Counted from the first letter of the stretch, positions 14,481-27,479 are shown. The stretch: DNA of 64,000 bases from Octopus vulgaris (GCA_951406725.2 OX597834.1:25792001-25856000), one strand, 5' to 3'. Made by a program: numbers and translations. Notes: a model not told the origin generated them from the sequence alone.

Positions 14481-14824
14481 ATGTGTATGTATATATGTAT
14501 GTGTATGTATATACGTATGTGTATGTATATATGTATGTGTATGTATATATGTATGTGTATGTATATATGTATGTGTATGTATATACGTATGTGTATGTAT
14601 ATACGTATGTGTATGTATATATGTATGTGTATGTATATATGTATGTGTATGTATATATGTATGTGTATTTATATATGTATGTGTATGTATATATGTATGT
14701 GTATGTATATATGTATGTGTATTTATATATGTATGTGTATGTATATATGTATGTGTATATATATATGTATGTATATATATATATGTATGTGTATGTATAT
14801 ATGTATGTGTATATATATATATGT
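14370..14824. repeat. Compound TA/TG microsatellite with 18-bp higher-order period
   Basis: Unit tatatgtatgtgtatgta repeated with tacg and tattt variants. Confidence 0.92.
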
Positions 14825-15267
14825 ATCATCATCATCATCATTTAACGTCCGCTTTCCATGCTAGCATGGGTTGGACGGTTCAACTGGTGTCTGGGGAGCC
14901 CGAAGGCTGCACCAGGCCAGTCAGATCTGGCAGTGTTTCTACAGCTGGATGCCCTTCCTAACGCCAACCACTCCGAGAGTGTAGTGGGTGATTTTATGTG
15001 CCACCGACACAGGTGCCAGACGAGGCTGGCGAACGGCCACGCTCGGATGGTGTTTTTATGTGCCACCGACACAGGTGCCAGACAAGGCTGGCAGACGACC
15101 ACGCTCGGATGGTGTTTTTTTTTTTTTTATGTGCCACCGACACAGGTGCCAGACGAGGCTGGCGAATGACCACGCTCGGATGGTGTTTTTATGTGCCACC
15201 GACACAGGTGCCAGACAAGGCTGGCAGACGACCACGCTCGGATGGTGTTTTTATGTGCCACCGACAC
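14825..15267 (-). mobile_element. SINE family C ((GAT)n tail) with an internal ~61-bp tandem array
   Basis: catcatcatttaacgtccgctttccatgctagcatgggttggacgg..., then four units of atgtgccaccgacacaggtgccagac.aggctggc...gctcggatggtgttttt. Confidence 0.88.
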
Positions 15268-16145
15268 ATGTATGTATATGTATGTGTATGTGTATATATA
15301 TATATGTATGTATATATATATGTATGTGTATGTGTATATATATGTATGTGTATATATATATATATACACACACACTCACACATGCCTAACACACTGCACA
15401 AATGTTAAACACTTTGTATTCTTGCATATTCTTGCACAATTACTCTGTGTGCATGCCATCAGTCTGGCATTCTGAGACTTCAGCAATCTCATCTGCAAAA
15501 TAAACTGTAGGAATTTCTTGTTGATCCATGCCTTCTGTATAACTGCGGAAGTTTAAATAATAACAAAATACAAACCTAAAGTACATGCACAGATGCTTCC
15601 TGCATCAGAACTAACATATTTACTTGTGAATAGGTCGAACCACTATTTTATTCTCGATTTTAATTAGAAAAAATTTTTGGAGGGCATGACTTATACATGG
15701 GGGTGAAGCTAAAACTATGAAGAAGGAAAAAAATTACTCCAAGATTTAACACAAAACTAGCGGTGCAAATTATACATGAGTAAATACAATACACACACTC
15801 ACACACACTTGTCTATAAGTCACACTATTTCAAACTTGATTTTAAATGGGAAAACTGGGGTATGACTAAATTAGGGGTGTAACCCCTACACAAGTACTGC
15901 TTCATCATCATCATCATTGACATCATTTGACATCTGGTTTCCTTACTGGTATGCGTTGGATGGTTTGACAGGAACTGGCATGTCAGAGTTCTATGCCAAG
16001 CTCCACTGTCTTCTTTGGCATAAATTCTATAGTTGGATGCCTTTCCTAATGCCAACCACTTTATAGAGTGGACTGTAGGCTTTTTACATGGCACCAGCAC
16101 TGGCAAGATCTGCGTTACTATGATTTCCACAGATGGATGCACTTC

Positions 16146-16346
16146 CTAATGCCAACCGCTTTACAAAGTGGACCGGGTACTTTTGACATGGCTTCAGCAC
16201 CAACGACGTTTGTTTTGGTACAATTTTTATGGCTGAATACCCTTCCTAATGCCAACCACTTTACAAAGTGGACCGGGTACTTTTGACATGGCTTCAGCAC
16301 CAACAACGTTTGTTTTGGTATAATTTTTATGGCTGAATACCCTTCC
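16146..16346. repeat. ~100-bp tandem duplication in a family C-related SINE
   Basis: cctaatgccaacc.ctttacaaagtggaccgggtacttttgacatggcttcagcacc... occurs twice. Confidence 0.85.
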
Positions 16347-17494
16347 AAATCCCAACTGCTTTACAGCGTGGACTGTATGCTTTTCACATCACGCCAGCAC
16401 TGGTGTGGTCACTAAGTGACTTGCAAGACAAAGATCCTTTGAGAGGTAGGATGGTATTGAAGGGGGTGGCCTTGTGCCAGGTGATGAGAGATTAGAGGGT
16501 GCAGAAGGAGAAATGCAATTGGTGTAAACCTGAAAAGAGGTTCAAGGATGGCATAAGGACTACCATGAAGTCACTTGGAATGGATCAAAAGGCCATAGAA
16601 ACCCTTGCTTTAGATCGAAGTGGAGTGAAAGCTTTTGAGGAGGCCAGGATGACACATGCAAGTCTCAAGAGAGATTTAAAGAAGAATGTTGCAATTGAGA
16701 AGACAAATCTCAGTAACCTTTTTACGTCCCCACTGTTATGAGGATGTAAATGCACTATCATCAGTTCTCAAGCAATGGTGGGGGGGGGGACAAACAGACA
16801 CACAAATACACACACACACATATACGATGGGCTTCTTTCAGTTTCCATCTACCAAATCCACTCACAAGGCTTTGGTCGGCTTGAGGCTATAGCAAAAGAC
16901 GCTTGCCCAAGGCACCATGCAGTGGGACTGAACCCAGAACCATGTGGTTGAGAAGCAAGCTTCTTACCACACAGCCACTCTTGTGCCTCTAGGTTAGGTC
17001 ATAAAATAAAAGTTAGAAGTAAGAAATATAATTAAAAATACCGTTGGTTATAGAACTAAATAATATAATATCCTCTTACTGTCCAGACCATTCCAACTCC
17101 TGATCTGGGGTTGTTTCAGGTATGCAGCCTGCATATAATAAGTAAAATACATAGGAAATCAATAAATAATAAATTATAGTCAACTGGTATTATTTAGTCC
17201 TATAACTACTGGTATTTTCAATTATATTTCTTACTTTTTATTTTTATTTTATGACCTAACCAAATTGCTCATATAATCATTATATATTTAACCCATGCCA
17301 GCAGTAGCCTTCCCCCCCCCCCCCCCGTGTATAGGAATGTCCAATTAAATATTATAACTATCCCAATTCTATTCCTAAATTCTTGTCGGTTGAAAGTCTC
17401 TCAGAGGGACAGCATGTAACATTAATGGATATATATCATCATTTTCTTGCTTTCTCCTTTTTCTTTTTACTTTTTCTATTTTTCTTTACTTTTC

Positions 17495-17551
17495 CACTCT
17501 GATGAAGTTCCGCTATTCAAATTGGTATAATTAATTACTTACAATGATAAC

Positions 17552-17588
<37 letters not shown>

Positions 17589-17636
17589 GAGGTGGTTAAG
17601 CCTGGGAATTGCGCTAACGGAAACAGCTGTAAGATG
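17495..17636 (+). ncRNA. Hammerhead motif with an (ATT)n microsatellite in the stem II loop
   Basis: cact-CTGATGA(17499-17505)-aGTTccgctattc...gaattgcgctAACg-GAAA(17620-17623)-CAGCTG-TA-agatg. Stems I and II are imperfect. Confidence 0.5.
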
Positions 17637-17715
17637 AGATTCTGCCTTTTTGTAATTAATTAATATATGATAATTGGTGTAAATCAATTGTTACTCATCA
17701 ATTTTATCTCGATTT

Positions 17716-17794
<79 letters not shown>

Positions 17795-17878
17795 GTATAT
17801 ATAATTCCATACCACCATGGAACATTGATGTTAAATGATGTTACTATTATATATAGTAATATCATCATTATTATTATT

Positions 17879-17951
<73 letters not shown>

Positions 17952-18011
17952 CCATACCATCATGGAATATTGATGTTAAATGATGTTAATATTATATATA
18001 GTAACATCATC

Positions 18012-18072
<61 letters not shown>

Positions 18073-18106
18073 ATTGTATTTAAATATTTTCTTCTCTTCT
18101 TTTCAG

Positions 18107-18322
18107 GTTTGTCATAATTGCAAAGGTGAAATAGACTCGAAGGAGTTAATAATTGTTGCTAGCAAAATAACCGATTCTCTTTGCTGGCACCCTGCCTGTT
18201 TCATCTGCAGCGTCTGTGAAGAACTCCTTGTTGACTTGACCTATTGCCATTTCCAACAGAAGCTGTTTTGTGAACGCCACTTTGCTGAACTAGTTAGGCC
18301 GCGTTGTTTTGCTTGCGATGAG
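18107..18322 (+). CDS. Internal coding exon of a PET-LIM / LIM-domain gene (Limpet/LIMPETin-like; Prickle/Testin/FHL family): one full LIM domain plus the first CxxC of the next
   Basis: Polypyrimidine tract and acceptor ttttcttctcttcttttcag| (ends 18106), donor GAG|gtaagt (18323). The 72 codons read VCHNCKGEIDSKELIIVASKITDSLCWHPACFICSVCEELLVDLTYCHFQQKLFCERHFAELVRPRCFACDE, matching the LIM pattern CxxC..HxxCxxCxxC..CxxH. WHPACFxCxxCEELLVDLTYC...CERH is the Limpet/LIMPETin-type first LIM; Prickle typically has LVDLIYF. Confidence 0.93.
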
Positions 18323-19004
18323 GTAAGTGTCTGGTTAATTTTATTCGCAAGGAAAAAAATGTCTTTACAAAATGTATTCTCTCTCATTGGTTTTTGTCAA
18401 TGGACTCCAACCATACCAGGTCACCTTGCTCAATGGTTTTTGTCAATTATAGCAGCACCACCAGTATTTCGCCTGATAATTATCATATCAATTTCTCTTG
18501 CTGTTCTAAGTTGGTCCACGTTAGGTTCTTTTAGAGAATTGATTCCCTTTTAGGGATTTAATTAGCACAAAGTATTTACACCAGTATGCATGTGCACACA
18601 CACACACACACACAGTTGTCTTCTGCACAGTTTCTACCTGTCAAATTTTACTCTCCAAATGTTAGTTAATCCAAGACAGGTACCCAAAATGTCACCCAAT
18701 GGAATTGAGCCCAGAACCTAAAATTTGCAATTAAGATTCCTTAATCTCCTGTCCATATCGGCACAATTTCATTTTTCCCGATTTTATTTAATGTTGGCTT
18801 TCTTGTCAGATTTCTTCTTTGTATGTGACTTTGAAATATATTTTACAAATGCAGTAAAGTGTGTAAATCCTTTTATGTGTATCATCATCATCATCGTTTA
18901 GCGTCCGTTTTCCATGCTAGCATGGGTGTATATATATATATATATATACATACTTACATACATTATATTGTGTCACACTGTATACATATATACACAAGAA
19001 AAGA

Positions 19005-19234
19005 GGGCGGCGAGCTGGCAGAAATGTTAGCACACCGGGCAAAATGCTTAGCGGTATTTCATCTGTCTTTGTGTTCTGAGTTCAAATTCCGCCGAGGTTG
19101 ACTTTGCCTTTCATCCTTTCGGGGTCGATAAATAAAGTACCAGTTTTGCACTGGGGTCGATGTAATCGACTTAATCCGTTTGTCTATCCTTGTTTGTCCC
19201 TCTATGTTTAGCCCCTTGTGGGCAGTAAAGAAAT
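19005..19234 (+). mobile_element. SINE family B (ggcggcgagctggcagaa... head)
   Basis: B-box-like gagttcaaattcc and conserved cctttcatcctttcggggtcgata. Another + copy is at 3436-3670. Confidence 0.88.
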
Positions 19235-19249
19235 ATATATATATATATA

Positions 19250-19549
19250 CACATAAAAAACACCATCCGAGCGTGGCCGTTCGTCAGCCTCGTCTGGCAC
19301 CTGTGTCGGTGGCACAAAAAAACACCATCCGAGCATGGCCGTTCGCCAGCCTCGTCTGGCACCTGTGTCGGTGGCACATAAAAAGCACCCACTACAATCA
19401 CGGAGTGGTCGGCGTTAGGAAGGGCATCCAGCTGTAGAAACTCTGCCAGATCTGACTGGCCTGGTGCAGCCTTCTGGCTTCCCAGACCCCAGTTGAACCG
19501 TCCAACCCATGCTAGCATGGAAAGCGGACGTTAAACGATGATGATGATG
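19250..19549 (+). mobile_element. SINE family C copy, same subfamily as 14825-15267 but inverted
   Basis: Near-exact reverse complement, including the diagnostic ccgacacaggtgccagacgagg units. Confidence 0.88.
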
Positions 19550-20060
19550 ACACGAAGAAATAATATTTATCTCCTTTTACAGAAACCAAATGGTTTATAG
19601 GATTGCAAAAGAAGTGCTCAAATATAAATGAGACATGAAGATAATGTTTGTTCTATAACCATTATATCTGGCCAAAACATTCCTTTTATTTTACGGTCAA
19701 ACTGGCCGAGTGCAGCCGTGCAGTCTCTTAAATCTACCCTATAATGTCATACTAAAAACAAACTGCCCCATAATCAAAGTCCCAAAGCCACAAGATAATG
19801 CATGATTAACTCAAAACAATGTGAATAAATAAGCACAAACATTTGACAGAGTAATCTGAATGCTGAAGGATTAAGGTGAGTGTGCTACAGTGTGTGACAT
19901 GATAAGAGAAGGGGACTGAGGTGGACGCATTGAATATCAGTTTGCAGTGGAGAGGGGCATAACAGGATGGGAATATGATTGGTTTGGTAAAGGGGCAGGA
20001 AGTGATATTAATATATACATAACTACTTACATAATTATATACATTTTTATTAGAGCACTT

Positions 20061-20473
20061 ACTCTTTTACTCTTTTACTTGTTTCAATCATTTTGACTGC
20101 GGCCATGCTGGAGCACCGCCTTTAGTCGAGCAATTCGACCCCGGGACTTATTCTTTGTAAGCCCAGTACTTATTCTATCGGTCTCTTTTGCCGAACCGCT
20201 AAGTGACGGGGACGTAAACATACCAGCATCGGTTGTCAAGCAATGCTAGGAGGACAAACACATACACACAAACACACACACACATACACACATATATATA
20301 TACATATATACGACAGGCTTCTTTCAGTTTCCGTCTACCAAATCCACTCACAAGGCATTGGTCGGCCCGGGGCTATAGCAGAAGACACTTGCCCAAAATG
20401 CCACGCAGTGGGACTGAACCCGGAACCATGTGGTTGGTTAGCAAGCTACTTACCACACAGCCACTCCTGCGCC
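20061..20473 (-). mobile_element. SINE family A copy, full-length
   Basis: Near-identical to 1045-1446. Confidence 0.9.
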
Positions 20474-20478
20474 TATGT

Positions 20479-20519
<41 letters not shown>

Positions 20520-23500
20520 AATTATTGTATACAGTGCTCAGGTGTACTACAATTATGTCACAAGGTGGGGTATATTATTTCTGTTTGCTTTGTTCTACCT
20601 GGCTAGTGAAACAAACTACTTTTATTAAAGCATTGAGTCCGTTGCTGAGGTGGCAAATCTTTAAATAGCAAACATAACACTAAGTTTTATGCAAATATCC
20701 TAATTTGCATAACCCGGAAAAGCACATTATACCTCCCACCACCACCACCACCACCACCAATAAAACAATATAAAAAATAACTAGACCATATACACAATAT
20801 TGTATCAAATCACCATGTTTATTGTCTTTTAATTATCTCTAATAACGTTAATTAAAGCATATTTATAGACCCATTACTAATTGATTTTAAAAATGGCAAC
20901 AATACATTTTGTGAGGATTTTTTGTTTGTTTTCGTTTTTCAGTAACAAAAAAACTTAGCAAAACCATGAATTGTAATTTGATAGTTGATAATTTAATAAT
21001 GGGGCAAAGCCTAAACATTTTGAATAGAATAAATTTGTTTAGAGAAATTGATGTAATGTGATGTTATAACTCTTTGAGTTTTTGGTGTTTTTAGTTTTGG
21101 TCCTCAGATTTCCTCCACTACGGCTGCTAATGTTGTTTTGCATTGACATGTTTGCTATGACATTCAGTGTTTTATTAAAGCAGCTCTGCTTAAAGTTTTG
21201 AGTGTGGCCATGGTCGTGTGGTTTAAGGACATCACTTTGTAAATAAATAGCTATCCAAGGTAAACAACCAAAAAGACACACACACGCACATATGCATGGG
21301 ACTAACCTCTTTCTGTTGTGTCTGGGGAGAGTCATTTTCTTTTTGTGCCTTACAATAAAAATAAGAAATGAATGGAAATTAGTGTATACATATATACACA
21401 CACAACTGGCTTCTTTCAGTTTCCGTCTACCAAGTCTACTCACAAGGCTTTGGCTGGCCCAAGGCTATAGTAGAAGACACTTGCTCAAGGTACCATGCAG
21501 TGGGATTGAACCTGGAACCATGTGGTTGGGAAGCAAGCTTCTTACCACACAAGTGTGCCTGCACCTGCATATACATACATAGGCATACACATACATAGGC
21601 ATACACATACATAGGCTGGCTTTGTGACAAGACCCCGTGGTTGCTTCCCAACCATGTGATCTTGAGTTCAGTCCCACTGCATGGCAACCTAAACTTTGTG
21701 AATGGATTTGGTACATGGAAATTGAAAGAATCCTGTTGTGCATGTGTGTGTGTGTGTCTGCTTATCCCCCAACTACTGCTTAACTTGTATTGGTTTGTTG
21801 ATATCCCCATCACTCAGCGATTCAGCAAAAAGAGGTCATCAGAATAAGTACCAATAAGTACTAGGACTGACATGTTCAACTAAATCCTTCAAGTTAGTGC
21901 TCCAGCATGGCCTGAATCCAAACCCTGAAACAAACAAAAGCTACTCTCAAAGTGATAAGTTCTTTTTTTTGACAGTTGACTTATTAATTGGTTTCTGCTT
22001 ATCCTGATTCTATCTCCATGGCACGTGTCTTGGACAGATGTGATATGGTTGCTGGATGGCAGCTCCCTCCATCAGTTGAGAATGTGATGAGGAAGTACAC
22101 GGGTTCCCCCACCCTTTACAAATAAATAAGTTTCGTGTTCCTCAAAGGAAAACGAAATCATTTTTTTTTTTTTTGTTGCAATGGTGAGTGGGTTAGGGAT
22201 ATCAGTGTGGGGCAATAAATGTTAGGTAAACGAATCTGTTTTCTTTGAATATATGATGCTGAGAGAGAGAAGAGAGAAAACTTAGGTGGATGTGATTTGG
22301 TAGGTGGTGGTGATGATGGTGGGGGGGGGGGGTTTAGGAATAAGTTTTGGAAGAGAGGACACATTGAGATTCTTAGATAAGATGGTATCAGCAGAAGGTG
22401 AGAAGAGAAGGTGGGGTTTTGTGATAAAACTAACCAGGGAACAACACTATCTGAAGGAATTAAGTAGTTTTGCAGAACCATTTAAGCTATATCAGCATGG
22501 AAAAAAATAGAGAAGAGTCTTTGATAAAAAACGCTTCCATTCAGATGATACATCATTATACAGCTGATAAGAGATAAATTGTAGGTTAGAGGGTTAGTTA
22601 TTTACAGACTAAAGTGTCTTGAAGATTCTAACAAGGCTGCTATTGCTGCTGTTATTGTTATTGTTGTTGTTGTTGTAATAAGGATAGTGGATTGGTGGAA
22701 CCTTTAGAGCATTGGAAGAAGAATTGCTCCAAGGTCAGTGAAGTACAAGTCAAGTATGGAGTTGATATAGTCAACTTCACCCTCTTCCCAAAATTTCAGG
22801 CCTTGTGCCTGTATAACAAATAATAATAATATTAATAATAATAATAATAATAATATTAATGATAATCCTTTCTATTGAAGTCCTGAAATTTGGTGGGAGG
22901 GAGAGTCAGTTACATTGATACCAGAGCTTGACTGGTACTCTTTTCATTGACACCCAAAAGGATGAAAGGCAAAGTTGGAAGTTAGAACTTAGTAGAGCTT
23001 CACCTATTTTGTTATTATTACCATTGTTATGAATAAAATAATGAAGCCTCACCTGTTTTGCATTGAAACTATGTTCCAGCCTAACACTAAATTAAATTTC
23101 TAATTTATTTATAACAGAACAAATGTTAATGTTATCTTGAAAAATCTCTGCAACTGTGCATTCATGTGCTGTGCAACCAGTTGTGCAACATTGAAAATGA
23201 TTATACGATTATACTACGCAAATGAAATTTAATGCTTTTTTTTTTCTCTGAGAGAACTACTTTGTTCATGCTTTGATGCTGATAAATGACCAAATTTAGT
23301 GCTGTTGCAGTAGGAGTACATCTTCAAGATAGAAAGAAACAAAAATGAAATATTACAAAAGAAGGTGGCGTATTGTGGCCACTTTGGTATGGGATGAACG
23401 TAACAGGGAATGGTAATCTGGTAAATAATATTAAGCAGGGGATAAAAAAAAGGGGTTGAATAATCTATGTATCAATAAATTCGCTTGTAGCTACACACAA

Positions 23501-23954
23501 AGAAATGAACAGACACACACAGACACAACTCTCTCTCTATATATATATGGTGATGATGGTGATACATAAATATATATACATACATAAATATATATATACA
23601 TACATATACATATACACAAAAACACATACATACATACATACAAACATGCATGCATACATACATGCATACATACATACATACATGCATACATACATGCAAA
23701 CCTACCTACATACATACATACATACACACATACATACACACACATGTGCAGATGCATACACATTATCTTTGATAGCATAAAAGGCACAGAAACATAATGG
23801 ATGTACCTGAATTTCAGTAGTGCATATTAAAAGAGAAAAATTCTTAATGCATTAATGCATGTAATATTTTAAACAATCTAACACAAAACAATATTGTACA
23901 ATAATAATGCTTCAGTGAATATCATTATTACTATTACAGAATCAGGCTAGGTAT

Positions 23955-24340
23955 ATGGATGGAAGCACTCCGTTGGTTACGACAACGAGGGTTCCGGTTG
24001 ATCCGATCAACGGAACAGCCTGCTCGTGAAATTAACGTGTAAGTGGCTGAGCACTCCACAGACACGTGTACCCTTAACGTAGTTCTCGGGGATATTCAGC
24101 GTGACACAGAGAGTGACAAGGCCGGCCTTTTGAAATACAGGTACAACAGAAACAGGAAGTAAGAGTGAAAGAATGTTGTGGTGAAAGAGTACAGCAGGGA
24201 TCACCACCATCCCTGCCGGAGCCTCGTGGAGCTTTAGGTGTTTTTGCTCAATAAACATTCGTAACGCCCGGTCTGGGAATCGAAACCGCGATCCTACGAC
24301 CGCGAGTCCGCTGCCCTAACCACTGGGCCATTGCGCCTCC
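23955..24340 (-). mobile_element. SINE family D, tRNA-derived head (tRNA-Arg-like)
   Basis: The minus-strand head ggaggcgcaatggcccagtggttagggcagcggactcgcggtcgtaggatcgcggtttcgattccc has A and B boxes. Confidence 0.85.
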
Positions 24341-24735
24341 GCTAGGTACATGAGATCAGCTGGATTAAAGTTAGTCTATAGTTGTGAGTGTCGGGGACAA
24401 AATTAATTTATGGGGAGACCAATGTTGCATATAGGACCCAAGGTAATTTTTGTTTTATACATCAGAAAACAGGGTGTTTATATGCCATCAAATATGTACA
24501 TATATAGTTTACAGTTCTGTTGTAGGTAGAATTAAGAAAAAAGGTACTCTATCAGTGAGAGATAAATATAATTTATTACACACAATTTATAAAAGAGCTA
24601 CTAACAGTTTCATGCTTTAGAGTTACAAAGAATTGGCAGATTTATGTAACCTGCCAATTTATAGTATCTGTAAAGCATGAAACTATTAATACCTCTTTTG
24701 TAAATTGTGTATATATATAGTTGTGTATATATATA

Positions 24736-25140
24736 GGCGCAGGAGTGTCTGTGTGGTAAGTAGCTTGCTAACCAACCACATGGTTCTGGGTTCAATCCCA
24801 CTGTGTGGCATCTTGGGCAAGTGTCTTCTGCTATATCCCCGGGCCGACCAATGCCTTGTGAGTGGATTTGGTAGACGGAAACTGAAAGAAGCCTGTCGTA
24901 TATATGTATATATATATGTATGTGTGTGTTTGTGTGTCTGTGTTTGTCCCCCTAGCATTGCTTGACAACCGATGCTGGTGTGTGTTTACGTCCCCGTCAC
25001 TTAGCGGTTCGGCAAAAGAGACCGATAGAATAAGTACTGGGCTTACAAAGAATAAGTCCCGGGGTCGATTTGCTCAACTAAAGGCGGTGCTCCAGCATGG
25101 CCGCAGTCAAATGACTGAAACAAGTAAAAGAGTAAAAGAG
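24736..25140 (+). mobile_element. SINE family A, full-length (tRNA-like head, internal TA/TG microsatellite, (TAAAAGAG)n tail)
   Basis: Head ggcgcaggagtg.ctgtgtggtaag with a B-box-like gggttcaatccc. More than 15 full or partial copies occur in the window. Confidence 0.9.
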
Positions 25141-25540
25141 TATATATGTACGTATGCGTGCGTGTGTGTATATATATATATATATATACACATACACACA
25201 TATATAATTCAACATTGTACAGATACCAAACTTGGACCAATCATCAATGTGGTAACCTTGGGATCACTAGTTTTTTTAAGCCTCACAACATACACTTTTA
25301 TCCAAGTGACCTGACCTAGGTTATTGTATATGAAGCATTTGTCCTGGCATCACTGGTAATTTGGGACCTTACAATATTCATTTTCATCCAGGTGACCCAA
25401 CCTAGGTCGATCAGGCCTGAGCCTATGTCCAGAGCAGCATTCTACTGACCACCACCAAAAACCTTTCATCCAAAGCTATCGTGATGCTTTTCTCAGCAGC
25501 CTCTATACTGTTTCAGATGGTTTTTCTACTCTCTCATGTA

Positions 25541-25980
25541 CAAGCGTGTGCTGAAAAGTTCCTAAATTTGAGTAAAAGAAAATACAGGAAGATCAGTTAA
25601 CCCTTTCGTTACCAACCCGGCTGAAACTGGCTCTGGCTCTAAGTACAAATGTCTTGTTTTCATAAGTTTTGAATTAAAATCTTCCACCAAACCTTAGTCA
25701 CAATTTATGTTCCTAACACTAGCTGAATGATAACTAAGTTTATTTACTAAATTCTTTGTTATATTTAAAATTAATTGAAAGAAACACAGAACATCTCAAA
25801 ATAAATACGGTAACAAAAGGGTTAATTATGATTTTATTCAACATATTCCACTCTCAAATTCACACACTTGCAGAAGTCCTTCAGTTTTCCTAAGCAATAT
25901 AAAAGAACTTGAAAATTTGGGCCTTCAACCAGGCTTTTCATGGTACGCTTGGAACCAGGAACTTTTCAGCACCCCTCATG
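25541..25980. mobile_element. Mariner-type MITE hosting the piggyBac MITE
   Basis: TIRs ta|caagcgtgtgctgaaaagttcct ... aggaacttttcagcacccctcatg. Confidence 0.65.
25601..25821. mobile_element. piggyBac-type MITE with TTAA target duplication
   Basis: TTAA|CCCTTTCGTTACC ... GGTAACAAAAGGG|TTAA. Related decayed copies at about 60030-60256 and 50760-50942. Confidence 0.8.
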
Positions 25981-26322
25981 TGTGTGTGTGTACATACATA
26001 CACACATATTTGATACACAGGGTATGACATGAACCCACAGCTATCAGCTTTCACTGGTAAACCCCTTGTTCTTCACCCATTCTTGTGGCAGTCCTCCGCC
26101 AACTCTTGGCACTTAAGTTCTCTTCCTTCCTCCATATATATATATATATGCATATGTAAAATAAATCTATATAAGTTTGTGTGTATGTATATGTGTAACT
26201 ATATGGGTGCTTGTATGTATGTTAGGTGGCTAATATATATGTATGTGCATGTGTGTGTAGTGTTATCACGTAATTTATCAGCCTATTACCTATAATTGCT
26301 TGTATGCGTGAGTGAGCGTGTG

Positions 26323-26358
<36 letters not shown>

Positions 26359-26625
26359 TAATTGTTAGTCACTTCCATGTTGACAATTTTTTAGGGCAAG
26401 CCTGTTGATATTAGTGGCCCATCCTTGACATAAGATTCAAATGAGATTTCTCTCTTGTCGTGAAAACAGCATAACTTGCGGAGTATTTTGTTAACAGCCG
26501 TGGAAAAGTAGGTAATAATTCTTATAACTCTGTTACTCCATTCTATGTTCTGCCTTTTGTTTTCTTTCTTTCATAGACATATAATTGCGTGTGTATATAT
26601 GTATATATATATGTGTGTGTGTGTG

Positions 26626-27028
26626 TACTCTTTTACTCTCTCTTTTACTTGTTTCAGTCATTTGACTGCGGCCATGCTGGAGCACCGCCTTCAGTCAAGC
26701 AAATCGACCCCAGGACTTATTCTGTCTAAGCCTAGTACTTATTCTATCGGTTTCTTTTGCCGAACCGCTAAGTTACGGGGACATGAACACACCAGCATCG
26801 GTTGTCAAGCGATGTTGGGAGGACAAACACACACACACAAACACACACACATATATATACATATATACGACAGGCTTCTTTCAGTTTCCATCTACCAAAT
26901 CCACTCATAAGGCTTTGGTCGGCCCGAGGCTATAGTAGAAGACACTTGCCCAAGGTGCCACGCAGTGGGACTGAACCCAAACCATGTGGTTGGTAAGCAA
27001 GCTACTTACCACACAGCCACTCCTGCGC
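26626..27028 (-). mobile_element. SINE family A copy
   Basis: Full-length; inverted relative to 24736-25140. Confidence 0.9.
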
Positions 27029-27479
27029 GTATATATATATATATATGCATGTATATATGCATTTGTGTGTGTAGACTGAGGCCATGCTGGGGCACAGCCT
27101 TGAAGAATTTTTTGTGAAATGAATTGACTCCAGTGCTTATTTTGTTTTCCATTTTACGCCCTCTATTTATTCTTGTGTTCTCTCCTGCCAAACTGCTCAC
27201 AGGTACTTAAACCGGTTGTCAAGCGGTAGTGTTGGAGGTGAGGGGAAAAACAAACAAAGACGCACACACATAAATAATGTGTTTGTACTGCCTTCTTTCA
27301 GTTTCCATCTACCAAATCCACTCACATGGCTTTGGTTGGCCCAAGGCTATAGCAGAAGACACTTGCCCAAGGGGCCATGCAGTGGGACTGACCTTGAACC
27401 ACATGGTTGGGAAGCAAGCTTCTTACTACACAGCCACTCCTGCACCACCTGCATTATATATATATATATGTGTGTGTGT

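Noticed and set aside
14277-14961. Long Y/I/C/V/M-rich ORFs (also at 8444-9078, 38084-38867, 51934-52544, 53261-53950)
   Set aside because: Translations of TA/TG/CA microsatellites.
14995-15267. CRISPR-like array
   Set aside because: Tandem units without unique spacers, inside a SINE, in eukaryotic DNA with no cas genes.
18074-18553. 159-aa ORF taken as a whole protein
   Set aside because: Only 18107-18322 is LIM-like and bounded by splice sites; the flanks are intron read-through.
24265-24340. tRNA gene
   Set aside because: The tRNA-like head continues into a multi-copy SINE body and has no proper acceptor stem or terminator.
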